DNA of 64,000 nucleotides from a virus. Taxonomy: Duplodnaviria > Caudoviricetes. The DNA lies in the IMG/VR virus record IMGVR_UViG_3300032224_000903, positions 1 to 64,000 of that record, one strand, 5' to 3'. Made by a program: the position numbers and the translations under genes. The notes below the pieces were generated by a model. That model was not told the origin of the DNA. It was given only the letters and a program-made list of their open reading frames with translations, and did no database searches. Below, in pieces: positions 16,990 to 27,214 of this stretch (the stretch's first letter is position 1; the number at the start of each line of letters is the position of its first letter).

Positions 16990-18414
16990 ATGAAACTTCA
17001 GGTTACAGAATCACAATTAAAACTTATTGAACAACAACAGTTAAATGAACTGAAGTGGTTGGCTAATATCCAATCCCATATTGTTAGAATGGATGTTCCA
17101 TTAACACCATCCTTAGTTAATTACATTTGGGGTAAACAAAGAGTTACAACATTTCACGTTGGGGACGTTCACGGTATTGATGAGATCGGTGCAATGGTTG
17201 GAACAAGAAAATCTTTATCTACATTTAGATATATGGATAAAGAGTTGGTTAAAAATATGAAAGGAGTACAAACCGAAGGTGGAATTATTTACCAAATTGT
17301 GGGTGATTTACAGTTTGATTCTCCAACCGATATAATGAGTGCTCCTGATGAGACGGGCAGAAGATGGGTAAACATTAGAAGTTTCCATAATGACTTTCAA
17401 AATAAAGTTGAACTTGAATATGTAAAGTATGAGAAATTTGGAGATATAGATGAACTATCAAAATCCCCAAAAAATTTAATTGAGTACTATAGATTAATAG
17501 ACCAATTGGTTCGAGAAAATGCTAAAGAAATACGTGAACATTTTACTGACATTAAAAAAAATAGAGGTGGTAGAGAAAGTATGTGGAATGAAACAGTTGT
17601 AAACAATATTGAAGTCGAGGATATATTGTGGAAAGAAGATATTATTGAATTTTTAAATACATGGGAAACAAATGAACAAAAGATAAAGGTACTTGAAGAA
17701 ATTGGTACAAAATTAAGTTCAATATCAACGGGTGTTGTTTATTTATCAGACGGAGGTGGCACATTTGGTTTTAGGGATATTAATCCAATTAAATGGATTG
17801 AGAAAAGAGGTGGTTTAACTAATTTTAAAAAATATGTTAAGAAATTCCATGTAGACAGCGAACCAAGAACAATACGAATTAATGAGGATAAACCAAACTC
17901 AAATAATCCACCATTTGAGAAAGGAGTTGAAGGTGGTATTTTAAGTACGCCAGATAAACCTGTTGATAATACCGCTTGTGTTGTCTTTAGTGGAGTTGGT
18001 TATGCCACACCTAAATGGATGTTAAGTCAAATGCCACAAGAATTAAAATTCAAAAAAACAATTTTAGTATTACCATTCACAAGTGATATAACACAAGCAA
18101 AAAGAATATTGGGTAAAACATCCATAAAATCTGTTTTAGGTTTTAGTCAAGGTGGACTTAAAGCGTGGCCAGCAAGTGGGGAGTATGAATTTGTTGGATT
18201 AATTGACCCTACAACAAAGGAAGATTCACTTAGATATCACATTAACGATAAAAGGGTACACATGATTTATAACCCAATTAATTGGGGATTTCCTGAAGTT
18301 GTTAAATGTCAGAAGAGAGCAGCAGAAATAATGTTAGGTAATGCGGTATTACTTAATATAGGACATAGTGAAATGCCGGCCGAATTCTTTAGAAGATTTG
18401 GAAATTATCTTTAA
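16990..18414 (+). CDS. Tagged two-domain protein: unknown (possibly ART-like) domain + alpha/beta hydrolase
   Basis: MKLQVTESQL; internal IRINE; GFSQG nucleophile elbow, LIDP, GHSE. Confidence 0.65.
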   Translation: MKLQVTESQLKLIEQQQLNELKWLANIQSHIVRMDVPLTPSLVNYIWGKQRVTTFHVGDVHGIDEIGAMVGTRKSLSTFRYMDKELVKNMKGVQTEGGIIYQIVGDLQFDSPTDIMSAPDETGRRWVNIRSFHNDFQNKVELEYVKYEKFGDIDELSKSPKNLIEYYRLIDQLVRENAKEIREHFTDIKKNRGGRESMWNETVVNNIEVEDILWKEDIIEFLNTWETNEQKIKVLEEIGTKLSSISTGVVYLSDGGGTFGFRDINPIKWIEKRGGLTNFKKYVKKFHVDSEPRTIRINEDKPNSNNPPFEKGVEGGILSTPDKPVDNTACVVFSGVGYATPKWMLSQMPQELKFKKTILVLPFTSDITQAKRILGKTSIKSVLGFSQGGLKAWPASGEYEFVGLIDPTTKEDSLRYHINDKRVHMIYNPINWGFPEVVKCQKRAAEIMLGNAVLLNIGHSEMPAEFFRRFGNYL

Positions 18415-18980
18415 CTGAGAGAACTTGATGCTCTTGATAATAAACTCTTAACTTTTTTTGCGTAATTGTTTGATCCACAAGATGGTGGCATACAATAGAT
18501 ACGATTTAACTTTGTAATATATTGATCTTTAGATAAGTTAGATAACTTATTATAATCTTGCCACATTTTATAATCCTTAACCGAATCCTGCCAATTATCA
18601 AAACTAGCATGACCTCTATTGGCTCCTTTTGATAATGTTTGTCTTTGTTTTGGTTGTCTCATCCCAAATAGGTTATTATTATCTAAAAATATGTCGCTTT
18701 TAAAATAACCCGTTTCTAACATAGATTGTGCCATTGCAACATCAGGATACATAATACCTTGATTTTTAAGTTCTTGTGCTAAGTTTTTCTCAGAAAATGG
18801 TTTAATATCAACCTTTTGTGATGTTTTTTGTTCTTTATCACCAAATTTAGATTTAACATAATCAACAGTTGATTTACCAATATCATATATCTTTTTACCT
18901 ATATCAACGGATCCGGCCCCCCCTATTTGTTCATTAATTAACCTATTAAGATCACTTTGTTTAATTCTGACGATTTTCAT
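18411..18980 (-). CDS. Tagged glucosaminidase (GH73-like peptidoglycan hydrolase)
   Basis: AMAQSMLETG......NNLFGM...F..WQDSV.DY; TATTTATA on - at 18985-18992. Confidence 0.85.
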   Translation of the reverse strand: MKIVRIKQSDLNRLINEQIGGAGSVDIGKKIYDIGKSTVDYVKSKFGDKEQKTSQKVDIKPFSEKNLAQELKNQGIMYPDVAMAQSMLETGYFKSDIFLDNNNLFGMRQPKQRQTLSKGANRGHASFDNWQDSVKDYKMWQDYNKLSNLSKDQYITKLNRIYCMPPSCGSNNYAKKVKSLLSRASSSLS

Positions 18981-19006
18981 TATTTATAAATATTTCAATA
19001 AATATT

Positions 19007-19037
19007 TTGGATATTCCAAAATACATACATATCTTTG
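19007..19037 (+). promoter_or_regulatory. Host-type promoter with upstream inverted repeat TTGGATATTCCAA
   Basis: TATCTTTG at 19030; same layout at 29454-29483. Confidence 0.7.
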
Positions 19038-19056
19038 TCCTGTTAAATTAAAATAT

Positions 19057-20568
19057 ATGAAAAAATTCTACCTTGGTTTTATCTTGTTGGTTATAATTTC
19101 TTGTAATAAACAAGTCGATTATAGTAAGGATATAAATGAATTAAAATCACAAATTTCTTTATTACAAGGGCAAGTTGGTGGGTTACGTAAAACTACCGAT
19201 TCTTTAACTAATGAGTTAAAGAACATTAACACCCAAGTAACTAGCGTGTCTCGTAAAGTTGATTCGATATTAAATAGAATAACTATTATCAACACACAAT
19301 TAATAGATTTAAATGGTCAATTACTAAAAAATAGTACAGACATTACTGACCTTATAAAAAAAATAGAAGATCTTCAAAATGAGTTAATTAACTTAACTAA
19401 GTTAATTCAAGATTTAAAATATCAACAAGTTACAGCGTCCGGTTATGAAATTGTTCCTGTTGATTCAAGATTAAAATCAGACGGAACAGGTGAAATAACT
19501 GTTCCTGTTATTATATTAAATTATTTACCAACAACAGACAATATTTTATTAGATAGATACAAAGTACATGGATCAAATGTACCATATATGGATCATCATA
19601 AGTATACTTTAGAAAGAGCAAAAACAAAAATATTAACAGAAAAAATTATTGAAAAAAAATATATTGAACAGGGTACAAAATTCCATGATTATGGAACAAA
19701 TACAGTAAAACCATATATTAACATAGATGTTGTTGCATATATAAATGTCAGTAATGTTGGATATGTATTATCCGATTCTACACTTATGGATACTGTGGGT
19801 AATGGTATTAAAGTTAAAATGTATTATTATAAATTAGATTTTAAGGAATTACTTACAAGAATTAACTTAAAGAAATATGTTGAGGAAATGGGAGTAAAAG
19901 AGGTTTGGTTTACTTCATTTACTAAGGAAGTGGGTTCTTATAGTTATAATGTACCCGAATCAAATATGGCGGGACCATATGGGAATATATCAAATGGAGG
20001 ATTACCTAACATTCCTGTTTATAGTAAAACTTATGTAATGTATGGTTTTAACGGATGGAGAGGTGTGGACACGGACTTACATAATAGAGGTCATCAAATT
20101 GAAAGACAAATGAAACAAATTGATATTGATACTTGGCAAAATTTTACAAAAGGGAACGCCGGTATAATAACCCACTGGGCACCAAATTCAAAAAATGCTT
20201 ACGAGTATGGTAATAAGGAATCAAGTAAATCTGATATTATGACTTGGAAACCATCAGGAGGTACTTTTATTGATGTTAACGTTTACACTTGGATAAATAA
20301 ATCCTATAAATTTGAAAGTGAAATTAATATGATTTCTCCAGCATATAATAATATTGTAAATACTAATTATAATAATGATTTTTCATATCCAAACCCAAAT
20401 CAAATGATGGGGGCAACTACGGAAATAAAATATCATGTTTTTTGGTGGCAATCAATACCTGGTTTTAATAACGGAATAGTAGACGGAACTAAAAAAATTA
20501 CGAATTGGTGGGATATTTTTTACAATTGGGATAATGCAAATAATAATAAAACAAAATTATATTATTAA
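19057..20568 (+). CDS. Predicted lipoprotein with N-terminal coiled coil
   Basis: MKKFYLGFILLVIISC lipobox-like; heptad repeats to about aa 125. Confidence 0.75.
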   Translation: MKKFYLGFILLVIISCNKQVDYSKDINELKSQISLLQGQVGGLRKTTDSLTNELKNINTQVTSVSRKVDSILNRITIINTQLIDLNGQLLKNSTDITDLIKKIEDLQNELINLTKLIQDLKYQQVTASGYEIVPVDSRLKSDGTGEITVPVIILNYLPTTDNILLDRYKVHGSNVPYMDHHKYTLERAKTKILTEKIIEKKYIEQGTKFHDYGTNTVKPYINIDVVAYINVSNVGYVLSDSTLMDTVGNGIKVKMYYYKLDFKELLTRINLKKYVEEMGVKEVWFTSFTKEVGSYSYNVPESNMAGPYGNISNGGLPNIPVYSKTYVMYGFNGWRGVDTDLHNRGHQIERQMKQIDIDTWQNFTKGNAGIITHWAPNSKNAYEYGNKESSKSDIMTWKPSGGTFIDVNVYTWINKSYKFESEINMISPAYNNIVNTNYNNDFSYPNPNQMMGATTEIKYHVFWWQSIPGFNNGIVDGTKKITNWWDIFYNWDNANNNKTKLYY

Positions 20569-20645
20569 AAATCCACCAGTATTCTACTAGTATTGTAATA
20601 TCTAATTTAAAACTAGACTAGTATACTAGATAAATATTAGATTTT

Positions 20646-21449
20646 TTACAAAAAAGTTAAATAATCTTTAAGACCTTTTTCTAAATTGAATTGTGGTTCC
20701 CATCCAACCATCCAATTTTCTGAATTACTTTTAGTATGAAATTGATATCCTTCAGGGATATCTTTTTCATTATGGTAACTATATTTTATTTCTAAAATGT
20801 CCAATACATCTTCAAAAGTTCTCGATTCACCACACCCAACTTCATACCATTGACCTCTATTATCGTCATAGTTTTCTAATGCAAATAAATTGGCGTTTAT
20901 AATATCTTTAACATATACGAAGTCTCTTTGTGGTTTTTTGGGGAATAACTTGATTTCCTGACCTTCTTTTTGTTTTTGTAACATTTGATAAGCAACAGAC
21001 GCCATCTTCCCTTTTTGGTCCTCTAATGGACCATAAACGTTAAAATAACGTAAAGCAATACCACCACATTTAACAACGTATTGTTCTGCGGTATATTTGC
21101 TCCAACCATAAAGATTTGATGGGTATTCATCATTTGTTCCATAATTTGCAGCAGAAGAAGAATAAATAAACTTTTTACCCAATAACTGACACCATTCGGC
21201 AACTCTACGAGTAAACTCAAAGTTCCGTGTCATCATGTAATTAACGTCAGTTTCTAATGTATCTGAACACGCACCAACGTGAAATACCACTTCAGGATCA
21301 AACTTATTTAATGTATAATATATCTCATTATACCAATCGGTAACATCAAAAATGTCTTCATTAATTTCTAATATTTCGTGTTGGTCTTTCAACTCATTTA
21401 ATAAGTTTTTCCCAATAAACCCATTTGTTCCTGTTATTAAAATTTTCAT
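20646..21449 (-). CDS. hldD: ADP-L-glycero-D-manno-heptose 6-epimerase-like NAD-dependent epimerase
   Basis: ITGTNGFIG, GACSDT.ETD..YMM..N, SSAANYG, YGWSK, RYFNVYGP.E.QKGKMASV. Confidence 0.8.
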   Translation of the reverse strand: MKILITGTNGFIGKNLLNELKDQHEILEINEDIFDVTDWYNEIYYTLNKFDPEVVFHVGACSDTLETDVNYMMTRNFEFTRRVAEWCQLLGKKFIYSSSAANYGTNDEYPSNLYGWSKYTAEQYVVKCGGIALRYFNVYGPLEDQKGKMASVAYQMLQKQKEGQEIKLFPKKPQRDFVYVKDIINANLFALENYDDNRGQWYEVGCGESRTFEDVLDILEIKYSYHNEKDIPEGYQFHTKSNSENWMVGWEPQFNLEKGLKDYLTFL

Positions 21450-21451
21450 AA

Positions 21452-22210
21452 TTATTTTTTTTGTCTTACTATTGGTACACTCACCCCTCTTTTCTGAACA
21501 ACGATTGATGCCATTTTATTTGCATATATTATTGATTCCTCAACATTTTTGGTTTCCAAATATTTGACCGTAAACGACGCAGTGAATGTATCGCCAGCAC
21601 CACTAACATCAATTGTTTCACGAGGATCGGGTGATGGGTATATGGTATCCATATATTTTGCCCCTTTTGATCCTAATGTAACTAATATTTTGTTTGACCA
21701 ACATACATCAAAATCGTGTTTTAAAAATTCAGATTCATTCAATTTAATAAAATTGAAACTAGATAAAATTTTATTACCTATTTTTTTCTTTGTATCCATG
21801 ACAATAAAACGAGAATGATATGCAACTTCTAATAATATTTTTTCGTTCAAATATCCCTTATTGTAATCACTTACAATAATTGCATCAGATTCTTTTATCT
21901 CGTCTATTACACTATCGGTCAATTCCAAAGGTGTGATTGTTTCCTCACCCTCATCAACCCTAATAAACATATGATTAGATTTATCATCCACATATCTTGT
22001 TTTTTTAATTGGTTGAAATTGGTGTAAATGTTTAATTGTTACATCTTGATCTAGTGACTTCAAATTTTCAACTACATTTCCTGCCATTCCAAAATTTCTT
22101 TCTATATACAACGGATTAAAAACTGGTACAGGTGCCTCAGGACTTAATCTCTTTGTTTCACCATATACGAATATATCCGTACAAAATTCACCTATTACTG
22201 TTATTTTCAT
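21452..22210 (-). CDS. PfkB-family heptose-7-phosphate kinase (RfaE/HldE domain I-like)
   Basis: RLSPEAPVPV, GMAGNV..NL, SDYNKG, DVSGAGDTF. Confidence 0.85.
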   Translation of the reverse strand: MKITVIGEFCTDIFVYGETKRLSPEAPVPVFNPLYIERNFGMAGNVVENLKSLDQDVTIKHLHQFQPIKKTRYVDDKSNHMFIRVDEGEETITPLELTDSVIDEIKESDAIIVSDYNKGYLNEKILLEVAYHSRFIVMDTKKKIGNKILSSFNFIKLNESEFLKHDFDVCWSNKILVTLGSKGAKYMDTIYPSPDPRETIDVSGAGDTFTASFTVKYLETKNVEESIIYANKMASIVVQKRGVSVPIVRQKK

Positions 22211-22213
22211 ATT

Positions 22214-22600
22214 TTACTTTTGACTATCACCTTTCCAAACTCTATATGAGTCTGAGTCTTTATGTTCTGTCGACACTTCAAATACCACCCCATCTGTTAG
22301 TGCCTCTAATTGATGTGGTTGTCCTGGTCTTTGTCTAACGGTATCGCCAACTTTTAGTTTTTGTTCAATTGTTTCCGCAGTTTCCGTGTCAATCCATCTA
22401 TAGATAAATTCACCTTTATCAACATACCAAGTTTCATCTTTAATCATATGATAATGCATTGAAAATTTAGCTCCTTGTTTAAATCTTAAAAGTTTGCCAC
22501 AATACATTTCATTATTTTCAATTATAATCTCATCTCCCCATCCTTTAGGGACACAACATCCTTCGGTTTTTAAAGCGTTAATTATTATTGGTTTTTCCAT
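22214..22600 (-). CDS. Cupin (sugar isomerase-like)
   Basis: KGWGDE, YCGKLL, SMHYH..KDETWYV, H.LEA; start after TATATTATA at 22604-22612. Confidence 0.75.
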   Translation of the reverse strand: MEKPIIINALKTEGCCVPKGWGDEIIIENNEMYCGKLLRFKQGAKFSMHYHMIKDETWYVDKGEFIYRWIDTETAETIEQKLKVGDTVRQRPGQPHQLEALTDGVVFEVSTEHKDSDSYRVWKGDSQK

Positions 22601-22660
22601 AGATATAATATAATCAAACAAATCCTAAATTCCAAGTATTTATATAAAAACACATATAAA

Positions 22661-23125
22661 ATGGGTAAGAAGTTAAAAATAACAGAAGATCAATTAAAAA
22701 GATTGGTTGGAAATAAAACTAGAATTCAAGAACAAAATGAAGGTTATATGGATGAGGAAATAGACGGACCTTCAAAAGAAGAGTATTTTGCTAAACATGG
22801 TGATGACAATGTATTTGGTTGGACTGGTAGTTCAAATAAAACATATCAAGATTTACCTGATGGTGATTATGATGATGAAACATATGATGATTTTGATACA
22901 TTACATAGTGCACATCCTGACTTCCACAAACATTACAGTGGAAATATGGGACCTGATCATGCAAGGAAAATGTTTGGCACATATAAAAACCATCGTGGAC
23001 CATTACACATTAAGAGAAGAAGACCTATGGATGAGATGGGGATGGAAGAAGATGGTATGATGAACGAATCGATTAAACAATATAAAACCGAATTTAATAG
23101 GTTTTTAAAGAAACCAAAAAAATAG
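22661..23125 (+). CDS. Tagged acidic hypothetical protein with tags at both ends
   Basis: MGKKLKITEDQLKRLV...IQEQ; C-term MMNESIKQYKTEFNRFLKK. Confidence 0.8.
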   Translation: MGKKLKITEDQLKRLVGNKTRIQEQNEGYMDEEIDGPSKEEYFAKHGDDNVFGWTGSSNKTYQDLPDGDYDDETYDDFDTLHSAHPDFHKHYSGNMGPDHARKMFGTYKNHRGPLHIKRRRPMDEMGMEEDGMMNESIKQYKTEFNRFLKKPKK

Positions 23126-23131
23126 TTAATG

Positions 23132-23158
23132 AACCCTTCAGAAATGAGGGGTTTTTTA
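23132..23158 (+). terminator. Intrinsic terminator
   Basis: aacccttca-gaaa-tgaggggtt + T-run. Confidence 0.75.
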
Positions 23159-23186
23159 TTATAGATATAAGGATATTTATATAGAT

Positions 23187-25034
23187 ATGAAGATTTTAGA
23201 TACCTTATTGGAGGGATTACTACTTGAATTAAGTGGAAGAGAAATATATCAAAAGTATTATTCTAAAATACCATATGAGACATTTTTAGATATTGTAATG
23301 GCAGACCCCAAAACAAACATAGATGGGACAGGTGAATTACTATCAATAGGGAAATACTCAAAATTACTTTTAACATTTTATCAAAAAGGAAGTTTAAGGG
23401 ATGAGGATTTAGCAAAGGCCGAAGAATACTTGGAATGTGTTTATGCACATAACATTTCATTGGATATTGGTAAATTAAAAAATTTAGGGGACCTATATCA
23501 AGTAGTTCAAAAATACCTAATTGCAGACACACAAGATCTTAACGAAATATTAAAGGCACTTGTTATTGATCAAGATTATAAATTACTACATCAAGGTAAG
23601 GATTGGGATTTTTATCAACCTCTTACAGAAAAGGGTTCTGCGTATTTAGGTTTTGCCACCGAGTGGTGTACAGCATGGGGTCAATACTGTCTTAATAAAA
23701 AATATAGAGAAAGACAAAACCATTTTGAAAGACATAACGGACAAGGTCCTTTATTCATTATGATGAGTAAAATTAATCCATTAGACAAATATCAATTTCA
23801 TTTTGAAACAAATCAATATATGGACCCAAAAGATAGTAGAATTAATTTTACTGAATTTTGGCCAAACAAAGATGAAATTAAAAATTATTTCTTCCCATCA
23901 TTAGTTAGAGAAACATCGGAAGAAGAAGTAAAAAGTGAATTACAAAGAATATCTATTTTACCTGATGGAGATGGTATGTTAATATTAAAAAAATCAATTG
24001 GAACTGTTAACAACCCATTAGTGGAAGCAATTATAAATGAAGATGATGATGCGTTAGAAGATTTGATCGATGGTGAGGAGAGAGATGGATCTGTTTATGT
24101 TTATAGTGGTAGACTTATTATACAAGTTGACGGGATACCAGGAGAAGATGCAGAAGGCGTTGAAAGATCAATCGATCAATATAGAGGAGAGTCAAATAAT
24201 GGTTGGGAATGGGTTCATAGTGATATGGAAAATAGATTTTACGATGTAGATGATTATGAAGATGAACTTGAAAAAATTTTTAAATCTTATTATGATAATC
24301 ATAAAATAGAATTACAACAAGAATTGGGTATTAACTCATATGAAATTTTTAAAGAAGATTATTTTGATAACTATCTTGGTGATGATTATGTTAAAGATAC
24401 TTTTGTGGACGACATAACTGATTTATCGTATATAAGTTATGAGGCTGAAAATGATAGAGAAGCGGATGCAATTGAAAAGTATTTGTCTTTTGGTTCTTCG
24501 GATGAACTTAATTTTTCGGTTGTTTTCTTAGTACAATTTTTAATTAAAAGAAATATTGTTGGACTTGGTGGAGACTATGATTGGACAATACAAGACATGG
24601 TTAGTAGTTATATTAGTCATTATAGTTTAACAATTGAAATAGAAGAACCGGTTTATAATTACGAAACAACCTATCCAAAATATGGTGACAATAATTACAT
24701 TACAAAAAGTACCGACCAACATTTTGGTAAATTATTAGATGACCCTGAAACAAATCATCAATGTGTTGAGTTAAGAAAACAATTAAATTACATTATTAAA
24801 ACTTTATTTAAAGGATCTACTAATTTTGAAAATGATCATGTAAAAATTAAGTTAAAATCAAATAAAATTGATTGTGAAAAAGGAACAGTTAATATTGAAT
24901 TTGTAAATAAAAATACCGGTCAGGTTTTCTATAACAATAATGTTAAAATTGAGAATTTACCGAGATATGCAACTAACTATGAATTAGATTTAAAAGAATC
25001 TAAATTAAAATTGAGTGCTTTAATTTATAAGTAA
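23187..25034 (+). CDS. Tagged hypothetical protein with conserved WCT-motif domain
   Basis: MKILDTLLEGLLLE; ATEWCTA...KYQFHF; C-term LKESKLKLSALI. Confidence 0.75.
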   Translation: MKILDTLLEGLLLELSGREIYQKYYSKIPYETFLDIVMADPKTNIDGTGELLSIGKYSKLLLTFYQKGSLRDEDLAKAEEYLECVYAHNISLDIGKLKNLGDLYQVVQKYLIADTQDLNEILKALVIDQDYKLLHQGKDWDFYQPLTEKGSAYLGFATEWCTAWGQYCLNKKYRERQNHFERHNGQGPLFIMMSKINPLDKYQFHFETNQYMDPKDSRINFTEFWPNKDEIKNYFFPSLVRETSEEEVKSELQRISILPDGDGMLILKKSIGTVNNPLVEAIINEDDDALEDLIDGEERDGSVYVYSGRLIIQVDGIPGEDAEGVERSIDQYRGESNNGWEWVHSDMENRFYDVDDYEDELEKIFKSYYDNHKIELQQELGINSYEIFKEDYFDNYLGDDYVKDTFVDDITDLSYISYEAENDREADAIEKYLSFGSSDELNFSVVFLVQFLIKRNIVGLGGDYDWTIQDMVSSYISHYSLTIEIEEPVYNYETTYPKYGDNNYITKSTDQHFGKLLDDPETNHQCVELRKQLNYIIKTLFKGSTNFENDHVKIKLKSNKIDCEKGTVNIEFVNKNTGQVFYNNNVKIENLPRYATNYELDLKESKLKLSALIYK

Positions 25035-25053
25035 TTTTTCATATATTATATTA

Positions 25054-26406
25054 ATGAAAATTATATACGGTTATGATATGATGACCTTTAATGGTCCATT
25101 ACCTAATTGTCTTAATCCAAAATTTATACCCACGATTTACGAAGGATCTAAATATGATTATAGACAATCATATCATTATTTTAATAAGGTATGGGGGTGT
25201 GATTATTCAGTTTTTAATAGTAATGATTATGATCAAATTACCGAATATAAATCTGTTTATGAAATTGTAAAAGATCGTAAAAAAAATAATAATTATAAGT
25301 GGTTTTATGTTATTGAACCACATAGTGGTTTAGATTTATTTTTTGGACATCATAAAGTCCACGATGAATTTTTATTAAACAATATTTCTGAATTATCTTT
25401 AAATGAAATAAAAAACTATAATGGCAATATTTTAATAAATTACGTTGTTGATGGGGGATTAGGTATTAATGAATCTAATTTAAAAATGATAGTGGATTTT
25501 ACTAGAAAAAATAAAATCCCCGATAATAAAGTATTTTTTATTTTTGCGGATTTTAAACTTAAAGGAAATTTTGAAAAGTTAGGTGTCAATTACAATGTTT
25601 TAGATTTTAATTTTTATTTACATTTTAAATCGTCAGAATTTAATAAACTAATTAATGACCAAACAAATAAAGTTTTAATGCCCGTTGATTACGAAGAAAA
25701 CATTAATACAAATAAAAAAGATTTCTTATTATTAACCAGACATTGGAAATTACATAGAATATTCTTATTGAATCAATTATATAGATTAGGGTTAGAAAAT
25801 AATTTAGTTTCGTGGGAAAAAAGTTATTATAACGAAAACATGATAAATGAATTATTCAAATATGACAAAAATGAGGAATTTGCTCAACTTTTAAAAGAGA
25901 CGTCAAAACATATTGACGTTGAGGACTTAGTGAATGTTAGTGGATATGGTTATGAAAATAAAGAAATGTATTTGAATACATATATCAGTATTGTCACCGA
26001 ATCAATATTTTTTCAAACAGACGTAAATTATCCTACTGGATTTATATCTGAAAAGATTTGGAAACCTATTGGACATTGCCAACCGTTTATATTGGCGGGT
26101 CCTTCTAAATCATTAAGATACATTAGAGAAAGATATGGTTTTAAAACATTCCATCCTTATATTGACGAGACATACGACGATATCGATGATGATATGGAAA
26201 GATTAAAATCTATACAAAAGGAAGTTGGTCGATTTAGTAAAAAAACAAAAGAAGAAAAAGTTCAATTTTTAAATGATGTTAAAGAAATATGTTTTTTTAA
26301 TCAAAATAAATTTTTAGAGTTTGATAAGAATTACAGAAATTCGTTAGATAAAAATAATGAACTTAAATTAGTTCATTCGTTTTTAACAACGTCGTCTCTA
26401 ATCTAG
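25054..26406 (+). CDS. Putative glycosyltransferase-like (GT-B) protein
   Basis: YISIVTES, ISEKIWKPI, QPFILAG, GFKTF...IDETYD motifs; TATATTATA 25042. Confidence 0.55.
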   Translation: MKIIYGYDMMTFNGPLPNCLNPKFIPTIYEGSKYDYRQSYHYFNKVWGCDYSVFNSNDYDQITEYKSVYEIVKDRKKNNNYKWFYVIEPHSGLDLFFGHHKVHDEFLLNNISELSLNEIKNYNGNILINYVVDGGLGINESNLKMIVDFTRKNKIPDNKVFFIFADFKLKGNFEKLGVNYNVLDFNFYLHFKSSEFNKLINDQTNKVLMPVDYEENINTNKKDFLLLTRHWKLHRIFLLNQLYRLGLENNLVSWEKSYYNENMINELFKYDKNEEFAQLLKETSKHIDVEDLVNVSGYGYENKEMYLNTYISIVTESIFFQTDVNYPTGFISEKIWKPIGHCQPFILAGPSKSLRYIRERYGFKTFHPYIDETYDDIDDDMERLKSIQKEVGRFSKKTKEEKVQFLNDVKEICFFNQNKFLEFDKNYRNSLDKNNELKLVHSFLTTSSLI

Positions 26407-27214
26407 ATTTTATAAAATCAATTGCAATTTCAGAAAATTTCTTATATCCAAAATAACCAGGGTGAGTATCTTCAGTATAATCATGTGTTTCATCTTTAAT
26501 TGTCAATTTGTGTTTATGACAAAAATGACTTGTGGTATATACGTCATCTTCAATTATTAGTTGATGCTTTAAATCTAAATCCACATAAACTTCATCAAAT
26601 GGATTTTTTAATTTAGTATTATCAAACATATAATAATATTGAATTCCTAATTTATCTAAAAAAGTAAATAACCCAACCAAGTCACCTTGAAATCTATTAG
26701 AATAAACAATCGGGTCATGAAAGTTATCAATATATTTTAAAACATCACTTTCTATTTTACCTTTAAAAAAATTATCGGAATATGGATTATCATTTGGTGA
26801 GTAAGAATAAACAACAGATAAATCACTTAATCTACCATCACTATAATCATCATATCTAACATTCACAATTATATAGTCATTAATTTCCTTACAAAACATA
26901 TCAACACGATGAATTGGGTCGGTTATCTCAAATAGGAATAATGTTTTTTTCGCATTTTCAATTCCGACTTTTTGTATATATTCATAAGTTCTTCTAATTA
27001 ATCTTGGTGCGCCGGACCCGCATTGTGCATCGTGTACTAATTTACATCCAAAATAGTCAGATATATATTTTGCATATGTTACGTCCTTTTCATTATCCCA
27101 CTCAACTCCATGTGAATTTTTATATATTTCTTTAACACCAATATTATATAAACCACCTCCCGCACTTAATGAGGAACCGTTACAGTAAATTGTGTGAATG
27201 TTTTTTAATTTCAT
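26363..27214 (-). CDS. SGNH-hydrolase-like protein
   Basis: YCNGSSLSAGGG block I; THPGYFGY block V. Confidence 0.7.
   Translation of the reverse strand: MKLKNIHTIYCNGSSLSAGGGLYNIGVKEIYKNSHGVEWDNEKDVTYAKYISDYFGCKLVHDAQCGSGAPRLIRRTYEYIQKVGIENAKKTLFLFEITDPIHRVDMFCKEINDYIIVNVRYDDYSDGRLSDLSVVYSYSPNDNPYSDNFFKGKIESDVLKYIDNFHDPIVYSNRFQGDLVGLFTFLDKLGIQYYYMFDNTKLKNPFDEVYVDLDLKHQLIIEDDVYTTSHFCHKHKLTIKDETHDYTEDTHPGYFGYKKFSEIAIDFIKSRLETTLLKTNELI

Noticed and set aside
20570-20645. CTAGTATACTAG palindrome and low-complexity CTAG stretch between convergent genes
   Set aside because: Single occurrence in AT-rich DNA; no further support for a function
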